A DNA stretch of 64,000 bases from an uncultured virus (IMG/VR IMGVR_UViG_3300022689_000310) (IMGVR_UViG_3300022689_000310), one strand, 5' to 3'; numbered from the stretch's first letter, positions 29,322-40,049 are shown. The notes: generated by a model not told the origin, from the letters alone. A program made the numbers and translations.

Positions 29322-30371
29322 TTATTTAAACGATATTTTTGTATCTAACATTCCTAATACATTAGCCAATCTTGGGTTATTACTTATTTTTATTCTTTTA
29401 GTCTTTTTAGCTAAATCTTTAAATAAAGTTGCACCACCTCCTATTATTAATAATTCATTTATATCACCAGATTGTTTAGTGATAGTTCTTATATCATTTC
29501 TAACTTCACTACACCATCTGTCTCTATACATTTCATAATCTTCCTTAAAGGATATTCCAGTACTTTCATAAGTAAAACTTTGATCTTCTATACCTGCTAA
29601 TATAAATCCTTCATCTGGACTTATAAATATATCTGCTTCTCTTAAACATTTTCCTTCTCTTATCATACTTGCTAGTTGTTGTACTCCTCTTCTCATAATT
29701 CTATCATTCATAAGAGGAATTCCTTTATCAGTAAAAGGAGTAATTATACAAGTTCTTGTACCTACATCTATTAATAAACTTTTAGCTTTATTATTATTAT
29801 TTACTAAGTTATTATTAACACAATATAAATATCCTCCATATCCTTCAGGAACAACTTGTACTTCTGAGATATTGAATTTAAGTATTCCAGTTTTCTGACC
29901 AATTATAACTTCTACTTTATGTGTACCTAAAATTTCTTTATTTATATAATCAGTCACTTTTAGTTCTTTCTGATTATTATCCAATATTAATTTTCTATGA
30001 TCTGGTACACTATATATTATTTTTATTTCTTTATTAGAAGGATTATATGAAGGATCAGAGGCCAAAACAGTAATAACACCTTGTAAAGAGAAATCATGTT
30101 TATCTTTTATAAATAAAGGAGGAACTCTCATACTTTTAGCTAATTCTCCTGATATCCAATATTTATCTTTTAAGTCTTTTCTATCTCCTTCTATATATTT
30201 AAATAAAACTGAAGTATCATCAGTATATCCCATTCCTAAACTTTCTACATCATACTCTTCTATATTTCCAATATAAGATGGGATAATATCATAAGCCATA
30301 TCTTTTTTATTATTACTTCTCTTTGCCCATTTAATACATGAATTACCTAGATCTATACTATATATAATCAT
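29322..30371 (-). CDS. ParM/StbA-like actin ATPase
   Basis: Phosphate-1 IDLGNSCIK, connect VVPEG, phosphate-2 IDVGTRT, adenosine IIGGGA, NPRLANVLG. Confidence 0.88.
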   Translation of the reverse strand: MIIYSIDLGNSCIKWAKRSNNKKDMAYDIIPSYIGNIEEYDVESLGMGYTDDTSVLFKYIEGDRKDLKDKYWISGELAKSMRVPPLFIKDKHDFSLQGVITVLASDPSYNPSNKEIKIIYSVPDHRKLILDNNQKELKVTDYINKEILGTHKVEVIIGQKTGILKFNISEVQVVPEGYGGYLYCVNNNLVNNNNKAKSLLIDVGTRTCIITPFTDKGIPLMNDRIMRRGVQQLASMIREGKCLREADIFISPDEGFILAGIEDQSFTYESTGISFKEDYEMYRDRWCSEVRNDIRTITKQSGDINELLIIGGGATLFKDLAKKTKRIKISNNPRLANVLGMLDTKISFK

Positions 30372-30375
30372 TTTA

Positions 30376-30792
30376 TTATCTATTTAATTTCTTCTTACCT
30401 ATAGTGAGATGAAAGGGATATAATGGAGTTGAAGTAATATCTAATTCTTTTCTAACAATATATAAGAAAGGACAATATATATCAACCCAGTAATATTGTT
30501 TATTATTTTTTATATTATTATCCACATCAAAGTTAATTAAACAATCTTTATACTTTTCCCAATTCCTTAAATTAACTATACTTTCCCCTCTCACTACAGT
30601 TATATGGGAATCTATTCTTTCTATATTATTTATATTACTCTTCAATCTATTAAATAATATATTTCCTATATCATTTAATACTTTTATTTTTAACCATCCT
30701 ATATTCCTTTTTATATTATAAGAATATTTAAATATACCACTATTTATACAATTTATATCTTTATCTTTAGTCTTGCTTTTTATATAATACAT
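30376..30792 (-). CDS. 2H phosphoesterase
   Basis: Two HxT motifs, SHITVV and FHLTIG. Confidence 0.8.
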   Translation of the reverse strand: MYYIKSKTKDKDINCINSGIFKYSYNIKRNIGWLKIKVLNDIGNILFNRLKSNINNIERIDSHITVVRGESIVNLRNWEKYKDCLINFDVDNNIKNNKQYYWVDIYCPFLYIVRKELDITSTPLYPFHLTIGKKKLNR

Positions 30793-31321
30793 CTAATGAT
30801 AACTTAGTAGAATCTAATAACCTTTGTTCTAATATTCCTCTTGTATATCTTAATAATTTATCATTAATTTTTTTTAGTACTGATTTCTCTTTATAACTAT
30901 TAATATCAATATTATCTGTAATATATAACATAAATATATTAGATTTATCTATACCTATCCATAACTCCTTACATATCTTTTTACAATACAAAGTATTACT
31001 ATTCATAAAATAATTAAGACCATCAATATATATCCTTAATATCTTTATATCGTTTAATGTTTCTATAATTTCATCTTTTAATAAACATTTATAACTATCT
31101 GTATAATCTGATGGAATTATATTAGATATATTCTTTATCCTATATTTTTTTAATTGAGTCTCAATATAATGTTTTAATTTCAAACCTTCTGTCTGCCCTA
31201 CTGTAAGAAAAGAGGTATTAAAATTATCTTTTAATTCTATTTTTATGAGACCTGTCTTATCTATGTAAGAGTTTATGAAATTATTATACTGTACCTCTCC
31301 ACCTTCTTCTCTAAAAGTCAT
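30767..31321 (-). CDS. Hypothetical protein
   Basis: 184 aa, AGGAG RBS. Confidence 0.6.
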   Translation of the reverse strand: MTFREEGGEVQYNNFINSYIDKTGLIKIELKDNFNTSFLTVGQTEGLKLKHYIETQLKKYRIKNISNIIPSDYTDSYKCLLKDEIIETLNDIKILRIYIDGLNYFMNSNTLYCKKICKELWIGIDKSNIFMLYITDNIDINSYKEKSVLKKINDKLLRYTRGILEQRLLDSTKLSLDVLYKKQD

Positions 31322-31330
31322 AATTCTCCT

Positions 31331-32038
31331 TTAATTTATATCTATACTTATTTCAGAAGCAACATTTATCTCTGAGAAAGAATTCCTTAGTACTCTATCT
31401 GTATATATTATACTTCTATCAGCCCCTCTAATAAAGAATTTAATACCTTCTCTATTTAATACCTCGGTTCTAATTTTTACTAAGGTATAATCTTTAAGTA
31501 AATCTTTTTCTAATAATATATCTCTTACTTTCTTCATTCTATCTGGTATTATTTGTGAATATAAAATTATTCCAGTATTATTAAAAGGTAAATAAGTTTC
31601 TTCATTATACCAATCTATATTTAAAGTTATTTCTATCTCATCAATTTCTTCTTCTATTATCTTAGTGGGTAAGAAAGTATAATATTCCATATTTTCATCT
31701 ATTGCTTTCCACTCTTCTTCTTCTTTAGTAATAGGAAAATCTTTACCTCTAAATCTTATACAACCTCCCTGTTCTTCTATATATATATTTGTCTCTTCTA
31801 TCCCATTTATATCTCCTGCTCTAAAGTTTACATAATATACAAAATCTTTTATATCCCATATACCTGCTATTACTCCTTTACTCTTTAAGAAAGATATAAA
31901 TTGACTGATAGTCATCCATTTCTTGAACTTAATAGGTAAATACTTTTTATGAGTAATGACTGTCTTTAATAATAAATTATTACTATCTGAGCCTCTTTTA
32001 ATTTTTCTTTTATTTCCACTACTATTAATATAAACCAT
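31331..32038 (-). CDS. Hypothetical protein
   Basis: 235-aa ORF. Confidence 0.65.
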   Translation of the reverse strand: MVYINSSGNKRKIKRGSDSNNLLLKTVITHKKYLPIKFKKWMTISQFISFLKSKGVIAGIWDIKDFVYYVNFRAGDINGIEETNIYIEEQGGCIRFRGKDFPITKEEEEWKAIDENMEYYTFLPTKIIEEEIDEIEITLNIDWYNEETYLPFNNTGIILYSQIIPDRMKKVRDILLEKDLLKDYTLVKIRTEVLNREGIKFFIRGADRSIIYTDRVLRNSFSEINVASEISIDIN

Positions 32039-32070
32039 TTTAAATTAATTACTTCTTGATTTGATTTTGT

Positions 32071-32817
32071 TCAATTATATATTAAACTTTCTATAATACC
32101 AATATTAGATTCATCTTTCCAACCATTAGTAATCATACTATCAATGATTGATATTAAATATAAAGTTATCTTCTCATATCTATCATATAAAATCAATTTC
32201 TTATCTTTAGATACTTTACATTTATTATCTATAAATTTCTTAGAACATCTAAATAAATTATTTAATTCTTCATCTAATATAGATGGAAATTTATTTGTAT
32301 CAACAATTCCTTTTTTTAATCTATTACCTTCTTTTATCTTATCCATATCTTCAAATACACCAATAATCTTTAAGTCATTACCATCTATTAATACATATCT
32401 TTTATCTTCTAAATACTTTATTTTTATATGTGATAATTCTTCTTTTTTAGAATCTCTTAAAAATATATCCCTTATGTATATTTCTATATGATCATTATCA
32501 TCAGATATCCATATATGTTCTGTTACATTTAAATTAGTTATTTTTTCATTCGGTTCTTTTTCTTTATATACTAATAAATATAAATCTCTTAATTCATCAT
32601 TTTTTATAAGTAATAATTCATAAAATATACCTTCAATAGGATATTTACTTTTTAATAATATTACTTCTTTCCTTTTTATTAAATGTTGATCTATTTGTAT
32701 AAGTTCACTTCCATCTAAATTCTTTGCTATAGGTCCTATTTGAACTTGTAATCTTACATTATCTATAATACTCCTACTCTCTGGTATATCTGTTATATCT
32801 ATACTATCAAATAACAT
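32071..32817 (-). CDS. Hypothetical protein
   Basis: 248-aa ORF. Confidence 0.65.
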   Translation of the reverse strand: MLFDSIDITDIPESRSIIDNVRLQVQIGPIAKNLDGSELIQIDQHLIKRKEVILLKSKYPIEGIFYELLLIKNDELRDLYLLVYKEKEPNEKITNLNVTEHIWISDDNDHIEIYIRDIFLRDSKKEELSHIKIKYLEDKRYVLIDGNDLKIIGVFEDMDKIKEGNRLKKGIVDTNKFPSILDEELNNLFRCSKKFIDNKCKVSKDKKLILYDRYEKITLYLISIIDSMITNGWKDESNIGIIESLIYN

Positions 32818-32853
32818 TATTAATAAATTTTTTATCTATTTACTGTTTGATAT

Positions 32854-32895
32854 TATAAAAAATAATTGCTCCTCTTAGAGCAATTATTTTTTATA
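32854..32895. terminator. Intrinsic terminator hairpin (bidirectional form)
   Basis: TATAAAAAATAATTGCTC-ctctta-GAGCAATTATTTTTTATA. Confidence 0.7.
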
Positions 32896-32924
32896 GAAAA
32901 ATCTATAACCTATTAGTTAATATA

Positions 32925-33851
32925 TTAAATTTTATCTTTATCTAACTCTTTTAATATATTTACAGCTTGTTTATACAACTTATCTACTCTTAAATCATAG
33001 TAATATGTAGTACCATTAGGTCTTTCACTTATCCAAGTTATAGTATCATAACAAATATCAGAACCCATCTTTTCTTGCTTTTCTACTATTTGTTCTAATG
33101 TCTCATAACATTCATATATAGGTAGTTCTATTATAGTATTACCCCTTTTGAACATAATACTAAACATCTTTTCGTTTATCTCTATATCCTCTATGAGACC
33201 ATATTCTACATTTATTTCTTTCCAATTATTCAATAAGAAATGAAGAATATCTGTAGTATTATCTTCTATCTTTATAGTTCCTTTTAATAAACTCCCCCCT
33301 TGTCCTCTTTTCCAATCTAATATTATTCCATTTGGTGCTAATATTTTCCATATTTTACTTTGTTTATCTATAGATATTATCCTATAACATTTATTTATCT
33401 TATTAGAATTCTTTTCAAAACCAAGATTAATAAGGCCTGTAGTTTTATTACAACCTTGAAGTAGAATGTAATTATTAAGGTAACTAGGTAGGAACTTATC
33501 CCCAAAAGGATTTTTTCTTTTTATAAATTCATAAATCTTATTAAATGCTTCTATACTAATAGCTTCTTTTCTACTCTTAACCATCTCTGAATTATCCCAA
33601 CAGATTTCTATATGAAATGACCATTTATTACTAAAGCTATTATCTTCTGCCAATATCTTTTTAGGAGTTACTGATATAATACCAGGAATATCATCAATCC
33701 TTTCTCTTTTAATTCTGTAATCCCTTTTATCTATTATAGGATCAAGTGTAGTTAAAACTTTTACAGATGGGTCTGTTTCTTTATCCTCTGTATCATTAAT
33801 GATAACTGATTCTTCATTTAGATCTACTTGATTGTTACTATTGATAATCAT
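32925..33851 (-). CDS. Hypothetical protein
   Basis: 308-aa ORF. Confidence 0.65.
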   Translation of the reverse strand: MIINSNNQVDLNEESVIINDTEDKETDPSVKVLTTLDPIIDKRDYRIKRERIDDIPGIISVTPKKILAEDNSFSNKWSFHIEICWDNSEMVKSRKEAISIEAFNKIYEFIKRKNPFGDKFLPSYLNNYILLQGCNKTTGLINLGFEKNSNKINKCYRIISIDKQSKIWKILAPNGIILDWKRGQGGSLLKGTIKIEDNTTDILHFLLNNWKEINVEYGLIEDIEINEKMFSIMFKRGNTIIELPIYECYETLEQIVEKQEKMGSDICYDTITWISERPNGTTYYYDLRVDKLYKQAVNILKELDKDKI

Positions 33852-33880
33852 ATCCTATAATATCTATCCTTAAGTTAAAT

Positions 33881-34588
33881 TTACTTTACCAAATCACTTA
33901 CTAAGTCTTTATTACAGAAACTTAAGTAGTAGTTGGGTATGATGTATAAATAGTTATGATTACTCAATTTATATAATTTATGTCCATCATTTAATAATGT
34001 AACTCTTTCTATATAAATTGAGTCTATTAAATTAAATATATGATCAAATAACAATGAGATTTTATTTTCTTTACTATCGCTCTCAACTGATACAATAAAT
34101 AATTCTCTATCCTTTATTATTCCCTCATCTTTTAAATGGATTGTCCTAAGATTATATATATATTTATCTATTATATACTGTTTAAAGAAAACTTCTCCAT
34201 ATAAAAAATCCAAAGATTTAGATATATATAACCAACCTATATCTTTTTCTTTGAATAATATATTATTAGAATAATTAAATAACTGCAAATATTCTATATA
34301 TTGTTGATATGTATATATATTATTAGATATTAATGGAAGTAATATTAAATCTCCCATAGAATAATCTATATTAAGAGATGGATAATGTATAAAAGAATCT
34401 AGATTAACGTTAAGAGTATTAAAAGGTAATAAAGTATATATATCTTTAGAAACACTTTTATCTTCTAGATATATCAATGGATTTTTATATATTTCTAAAT
34501 CTATATTTCTCTCCAAGGAACCTGAAATGATTTGTCTAAGTAGAGATACTTCTGATAATCCCATTAATTTATTCATTATACTATCCAC
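33881..34588 (-). CDS. Hypothetical protein
   Basis: 235-aa ORF overlapping the upstream stop. Confidence 0.6.
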   Translation of the reverse strand: MDSIMNKLMGLSEVSLLRQIISGSLERNIDLEIYKNPLIYLEDKSVSKDIYTLLPFNTLNVNLDSFIHYPSLNIDYSMGDLILLPLISNNIYTYQQYIEYLQLFNYSNNILFKEKDIGWLYISKSLDFLYGEVFFKQYIIDKYIYNLRTIHLKDEGIIKDRELFIVSVESDSKENKISLLFDHIFNLIDSIYIERVTLLNDGHKLYKLSNHNYLYIIPNYYLSFCNKDLVSDLVK

Positions 34589-35066
34589 TTATCATTGTAT
34601 TAACAGATTCTATTGTAGGTATTACTCTAAGACTAGATTTTATATACATTAAAAAGAACTCCCATAAAGATAAATGGAAGCAATATATTTTCTTATTACT
34701 ACTCTTAGGAACTAAATATTGTAATCCTCGAAGAATATAATCTACCCCCTCACACCACTCTTTATAACTCTCTCTATTAAATGGAAGTTCTTGTATACTA
34801 TTAGATTGTAATCTACCATTTAATATCACCGAGTTATTCTTTAGAATTCTATCTGTTTTGTTTTCTAAATTAGAGACTTGTTGTTCTATATATTTTATAT
34901 TTAGGCCTCTATTATCACTAAAATGTTGTTCGGCGTCACAAGGAAATATCATTATTATTTGACCGTCCTTGAAACCTAATTCTTTACAAAAATCACCTTT
35001 AACCCTAACTGCGGGGGTATAACATCCTCCTGATACTATATTAATTGTTAAAGGTTTTATATTCAT
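34581..35066 (-). CDS. Protein with N-terminal AbrB/SymE-like domain
   Basis: PAVRVKGDFCKELGFKDGQIIMI resembles the SymE/AbrB pattern PxIxLxGxWLxxxGFxxGxxVxV. Confidence 0.5.
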   Translation of the reverse strand: MNIKPLTINIVSGGCYTPAVRVKGDFCKELGFKDGQIIMIFPCDAEQHFSDNRGLNIKYIEQQVSNLENKTDRILKNNSVILNGRLQSNSIQELPFNRESYKEWCEGVDYILRGLQYLVPKSSNKKIYCFHLSLWEFFLMYIKSSLRVIPTIESVNTMISG

Positions 35067-35068
35067 CT

Positions 35069-36016
35069 TTAATCAGGCATAGAAGTATTAAACAAATCTT
35101 GTTTAATATTTTCATAAATCTCTATTATATTTGGCTCCTTTGTATACCAATTTGTTACTGTTATATATTCCTCTATATCTTTTACTTCTCTTGTATCTAT
35201 ATCTCCATTTAAACTTATAGAGAGATTATTTGAATATAATGGTATCTGTAGTCGGTATACATTTTTTATTATCTTATTTGATAATTCTGTTTGTAAATCA
35301 TTACCACTAGATAATAATAATTTTGGTAGTAATGTACCCCAATATATTAAACCACCTTTCTTAGAAGTTTCATGTTCTACACTTATAGCTTCATCACCTG
35401 TTCCTATTGAAACTACCTTTATATCTTCTATTTTATTTCCTTCCTCTACCGCTTCTGCTATTCCAGCTAATATTGGATTAGAAACTGCTAATGCTCCATC
35501 ACATATTCCTGTATTAACACCATTTATATCTAGAGTAAATGATGGAAATATTGTAGGACATGCAGAAGACATACATACTGTTTGCCATAATTTTAGATTT
35601 AAATTAAGTTCATCTTCCCATGACTTTAAAAATAATGGTTTATCTCTTAAGGTATCATAAGCTATTATTAATAATTTAACTTTATTTATTTCATTTAGGC
35701 ATATATCTCCTAATATATTCCTTGATTCTTCTATTAATTTCTCTATTTTATATTTCGGTCTTAGACCTAAAGGACTTAACCAGTTCTCATTCTTTTTACT
35801 AAATATTTTTGGTATTAACTTTAAATATATATCTAGTATTGTTTCAGATGTATATCCTAATGATATTAAACTTCCTATTATAGATCCTGTTGATGAACCA
35901 CATATTAAGTCGAATTTTGTATTTAATGGACAACCTATATATTCCTCTAATCTCTTTAAGAATATAAGACTTATTACTCCTCTTGATCCTCCTCCATCTA
36001 ATGATAATATCTTCAT
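35069..36016 (-). CDS. Patatin-like phospholipase
   Basis: LSLDGGGSRG oxyanion loop, GSSTG nucleophile, SSACP, catalytic Asp in DGA, SIGTG. Confidence 0.92.
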   Translation of the reverse strand: MKILSLDGGGSRGVISLIFLKRLEEYIGCPLNTKFDLICGSSTGSIIGSLISLGYTSETILDIYLKLIPKIFSKKNENWLSPLGLRPKYKIEKLIEESRNILGDICLNEINKVKLLIIAYDTLRDKPLFLKSWEDELNLNLKLWQTVCMSSACPTIFPSFTLDINGVNTGICDGALAVSNPILAGIAEAVEEGNKIEDIKVVSIGTGDEAISVEHETSKKGGLIYWGTLLPKLLLSSGNDLQTELSNKIIKNVYRLQIPLYSNNLSISLNGDIDTREVKDIEEYITVTNWYTKEPNIIEIYENIKQDLFNTSMPD

Positions 36017-36027
36017 GATTTCTTAAT

Positions 36028-36927
36028 TTAAATGCTTTCTATAGTATTTATTACTCCAGAACAAGTTAACTCTTTTATTAATCTCTTTGTATTCTCTACC
36101 ATCCTTAATATTCTATCTATATCATCCTTTGATTTCATTTCTCCTATTCTTCCATAATAAGGACATTCTTCATTTAATATTAAATTCCCTATATATCTTT
36201 TTAATATCTCTTTAGAAGCTTTAGGCCATTCTTGTAATCCTAATTTGCATTTTCCCTTTAGAGATAAATCTATATAGTAATAACATTCATCAATTAATAC
36301 ATCTTCTTTACTATACTTTCTAATCTTCTTATAGAATTTATTATTATTTATATAACTTAATGGTATACAAATACCCTCTAAATAATAAGTTTCTTTTGAT
36401 TCTATTATTGACTTTATATCTTTATTTCCTCTTAAGACAATACACCAATAATCATTTATAGAATTATCTAACTTACCGTATATATTTATATTCCCACCGT
36501 ATTCTTTAGGTAATACTTCTATATCTTCATCTAATTCAATATAACTTATTACCCCACCATGTATTAAAGAATATATATCTGTATCCGTTGCTCTTTTCTC
36601 AATAGATAATACTTTATTCTTTATCTTATTCCTATCAATTTCATTTACACTCTCTAGATCTATCTTATCTGCTGATATTCCATATACATTCTCTATTTCT
36701 TCTCTTTCCTCTAAAGCTATTTGTATAATCTTATTCCTCTTCTTTTCTACTTTATTTAATACTTCTTCTACCTCCTCTTCCTCTAAATCTTTATTCAAAA
36801 CCCAATTTGTATTTTCTATTATAGGATTTATCTGCTTTATATTATATTTCTCTTCTGATATATTCCTTTTATCTTTAATATATAAACTGAATACATCGAA
36901 ATAATGTCCTGATTCAAATATCTTCAT
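36028..36927 (-). CDS. Hypothetical protein
   Basis: 299-aa ORF. Confidence 0.65.
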   Translation of the reverse strand: MKIFESGHYFDVFSLYIKDKRNISEEKYNIKQINPIIENTNWVLNKDLEEEEVEEVLNKVEKKRNKIIQIALEEREEIENVYGISADKIDLESVNEIDRNKIKNKVLSIEKRATDTDIYSLIHGGVISYIELDEDIEVLPKEYGGNINIYGKLDNSINDYWCIVLRGNKDIKSIIESKETYYLEGICIPLSYINNNKFYKKIRKYSKEDVLIDECYYYIDLSLKGKCKLGLQEWPKASKEILKRYIGNLILNEECPYYGRIGEMKSKDDIDRILRMVENTKRLIKELTCSGVINTIESI

Positions 36928-36999
36928 ATTGATATCTCATCTCTTTTTTCTTTCTTCTTCCTTATGATGTATTATAATTATGATTCTTTTATGTATTTA

Positions 37000-37350
37000 T
37001 TAATACACCGTATTAATATCACTTGGTGTCATTGTTATATCTGTTTCTGCTACTGTCCAACCATCTCCATTTAATAATGCTTGGAGTCTTAGTTTTAATG
37101 ATTCTATTGCGGTTACCACATCTCCACCTGTTTGACTTACTATAGCTTTTATGTTCATATCCATATCGAATGTATATAATGGATATAATGTTGGCAATCC
37201 AGTCGCTGTACTTGCTTCTGTTTTAGCAGCATCCGCATCTATCGCTTCTAGAATATAAGCCCCATCTTGTAAGACTCCTTCTTCTAACGTTACATTTGGA
37301 TCTTCAAGGACTATCTCTTCTACTGTTGTAGTTACTTTATAATATGGCAT
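37000..37350 (-). CDS. Small acidic T/A-rich protein, possibly a virion component
   Basis: 116 aa; composition differs from the K/I/N-rich neighbours. Confidence 0.55.
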   Translation of the reverse strand: MPYYKVTTTVEEIVLEDPNVTLEEGVLQDGAYILEAIDADAAKTEASTATGLPTLYPLYTFDMDMNIKAIVSQTGGDVVTAIESLKLRLQALLNGDGWTVAETDITMTPSDINTVY

Positions 37351-37391
37351 AATTATTATCTAATAAGTATATATTTATACTTGAACTAATG

Positions 37392-37796
37392 TTAATTATC
37401 TAATATAGGAATTATTAATCTTGACTCTATTTTTATTAAACCTTCTTTTAATTTATTTTTTATATGAGATAATATGATATCCATTCTATCTTTATTAGCT
37501 TCAATTAATTCTCTACTAATTTCAGTTTCATATAATTCTGTTTGTACTTTACTAGAATCATAAAATACTATATTCCCATTTATATCTATACCTACTACTA
37601 AAGTTAAAGAAGGGTCAGGATCATTTAAGATTTCATCTATCTTATTCTTTATTAAATTCTCCTCATTAAATCCATCTATATCACATTTACTTATCTCTAT
37701 TTCACTATTTACTTTTAGATATATACTTTGATCCTTTTCATCATAGTATACCTTTACAGGTATCCTAAACTCTGGATATAAATTATCAATAGTCAT
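37392..37796 (-). CDS. Hypothetical protein
   Basis: 134-aa ORF. Confidence 0.6.
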   Translation of the reverse strand: MTIDNLYPEFRIPVKVYYDEKDQSIYLKVNSEIEISKCDIDGFNEENLIKNKIDEILNDPDPSLTLVVGIDINGNIVFYDSSKVQTELYETEISRELIEANKDRMDIILSHIKNKLKEGLIKIESRLIIPILDN

Positions 37797-38286
37797 TATT
37801 TATTATTTCTTTACACATAAATTCTACACTATCTACCATTCTGAAATCATTTATTAACTTTAGGTTATTCATTAGATATAATTTTTTCTGGAAATCTAAA
37901 TTATCTGATGTAGTCGGGGCCATACCTATAATATATCTACAATTCTTATATGTAGACATTATTACACCCATTTCTAATAACCTTTCTCTCGATATTAAAT
38001 TATCTATCCACATACAATATATAGAACATTTGTCTATTAAACTTATTTCCCAAGCAAATTTACCTACTCCATTAACTCCATGTATATTATTTATTTCAGG
38101 ATGTATTAATAGACATTTGTAATTATCTTTTTGTAATAAGAATTTTATCAATTCATGTTTCCAATCATAACCAGATTCACTGACTTTAGATCCTGATAAT
38201 AATATTCTATTATTATATTCTTTTACTAATCTTTCATATTCTTCTTTATTCTCTATATATTTAGAATAATTTATTTCTTCTATCAT
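37786..38286 (-). CDS. Nucleoside 2-deoxyribosyltransferase-like protein
   Basis: ILLSGS..DWKHEL..HPE..WE...C..W..LLEMG follows the pattern of the NDT-like family. Confidence 0.6.
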   Translation of the reverse strand: MIEEINYSKYIENKEEYERLVKEYNNRILLSGSKVSESGYDWKHELIKFLLQKDNYKCLLIHPEINNIHGVNGVGKFAWEISLIDKCSIYCMWIDNLISRERLLEMGVIMSTYKNCRYIIGMAPTTSDNLDFQKKLYLMNNLKLINDFRMVDSVEFMCKEIINNDY

Positions 38287-38328
38287 CTTGTTTTATTCTT
38301 TATATTTATTTATACATCTTTATTCTAT

Positions 38329-38871
38329 TTAAATCCCAGAAATGAACTTATCAGTTTCATCTTCATATTTTTCTAGTTCAGATTTAGTTTCTTCTAATAT
38401 ATTATATAATCCTTTATCATAATTCTTTAGTTTAAGCTTTTTATGTATCATTCCAAGTTTCTCTTTATCATCTAATATTAATAATTTATTATTAGATCTT
38501 TTTATAAAACTTATACTATATCTATGAGACGTATCTTTTCTTAATACTCCTAGAATAAATGATCCTTTATTTAATTTTAATTTCTGTTTTGTTATTCTTC
38601 CTTTATCAGTATTTACTATTATCTCTTTTATATAAATTATAAATAGGGCTAAATTATCTGTATGTTCCTTTAATACCTTTTGTAAATCAATAACAGTTTC
38701 CCAGTTACTTATAAAAATACTTTTATATTTAGATATATTATTCTCTATTAAAAAGTCTTTATAATCTTTCTCTTTATATAGAATTAGTTCAATATCTTCT
38801 AAACATATTTTACCTTTACCATTCTTTAACGGAAAACTTATATAATTATTACATTTAGTTATTAACTCCAT
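38329..38871 (-). CDS. Hypothetical protein
   Basis: 180 aa, AGGAGG RBS. Confidence 0.65.
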   Translation of the reverse strand: MELITKCNNYISFPLKNGKGKICLEDIELILYKEKDYKDFLIENNISKYKSIFISNWETVIDLQKVLKEHTDNLALFIIYIKEIIVNTDKGRITKQKLKLNKGSFILGVLRKDTSHRYSISFIKRSNNKLLILDDKEKLGMIHKKLKLKNYDKGLYNILEETKSELEKYEDETDKFISGI

Positions 38872-38897
38872 ATCTTATTTCCTCCTTGTATATATAA

Positions 38898-38932
38898 AAA
38901 CAAAAGAGGTAGCTCTACTACCCCTTTTGTTT
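38898..38932 (-). terminator. Intrinsic terminator
   Basis: Minus strand AAACAAAAGGGGTAG-tagag-CTACCTCTTTTGTTT with one G-U pair and a U-rich tail, downstream of the rIIB-like gene. Confidence 0.7.
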
Positions 38933-38948
38933 ATTTTATTTTACTATA

Positions 38949-39983
38949 TTAACATTGTTCTAATATAGTAATTCCTATTTCATCATCATTTTGTTTTACA
39001 TTACCTAACAGTAATAAATCATTAAGTTCTTGCATTGCACCTTCTTCGGTATATGGATTCCTTACTAAAATCCCACCTCTTTCTTTTGTATTTAACTCTA
39101 CCTTCCAAATCTTATTAGTATCTTCGTTAGATATAGTACCATTAAGTGCACTGATAGGTAGGAATTCAGTAGCTCTTAAATAAAAACTATAAATACTTTC
39201 ATTATTAACTTCTTTAGTTACTCTTTTAACCTCTGTAATATATTCTGGATTTATAGCATTATCATATATTTGACCTTCATCAGTACAAAATGTAGAATCT
39301 GTAACTACTCTAAAAGATCCTAATAATGATCCTTTACTATCTCTACTTTTATAATAACTACCTAATTTATATTCAAGATTCCCTCTATTAAATGTTTCTC
39401 TTAATTGTTGTTCTGTTAATTCCCCTCCATTTTGTTTAACTAATATATTACTTTCCCATTTAGATCTTCTATATGCTATTACCCATCCTTCTTGAGTAAT
39501 AGAAAAATCTTTACCTAATACTGCTTTATATAATTCTTTCTTAACTTTTAGATTTGGGTTCTTCTCAACTTTATCATAAAAGGCTAAAAGAGGTTTAATT
39601 CCCCATGCTCCATATTGAGACTCTATCATATTGAATAGAGTTTTTACTAAATTCTGTTCCTCAATATCAAGGTTCCTTCCTTTTAATAATACATTTCCTT
39701 TTTTATCTATATCAAGTAAAGATTGTAATTTATCTACCCAAGATTTATCTTTTAAATTATCTATAATTTTCTTTGTAACTTCTCCTTGATCTTCTATTAG
39801 ACTTCTTTTTAATGTATTGAATATATCTTCTCTACTCTTTCTTGTTATAATTAATGGTTCCTTACCAGATCGTATTATGGAAATATTATTATCTGTAATA
39901 TGATATTTTATATTTTCTTCTTTGATTTCTTTCTCTTCTATTATTCTTTCTAGTAACGCAGTACTGTTTCTGTAAGAATTCAT
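38949..39983 (-). CDS. rIIB-like protein
   Basis: LLAFYDKVEKNP..ELY..FSITQEGWVIAYR resembles the rIIB core; lies directly downstream of the rIIA-like gene. Confidence 0.7.
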   Translation of the reverse strand: MNSYRNSTALLERIIEEKEIKEENIKYHITDNNISIIRSGKEPLIITRKSREDIFNTLKRSLIEDQGEVTKKIIDNLKDKSWVDKLQSLLDIDKKGNVLLKGRNLDIEEQNLVKTLFNMIESQYGAWGIKPLLAFYDKVEKNPNLKVKKELYKAVLGKDFSITQEGWVIAYRRSKWESNILVKQNGGELTEQQLRETFNRGNLEYKLGSYYKSRDSKGSLLGSFRVVTDSTFCTDEGQIYDNAINPEYITEVKRVTKEVNNESIYSFYLRATEFLPISALNGTISNEDTNKIWKVELNTKERGGILVRNPYTEEGAMQELNDLLLLGNVKQNDDEIGITILEQC

Positions 39984-40049
39984 TATATTACCTCTAAATT
40001 TCTTATCTGTTCTTTGTTCAAAGTAGTTATGGGTTTAATCTATATTTCA

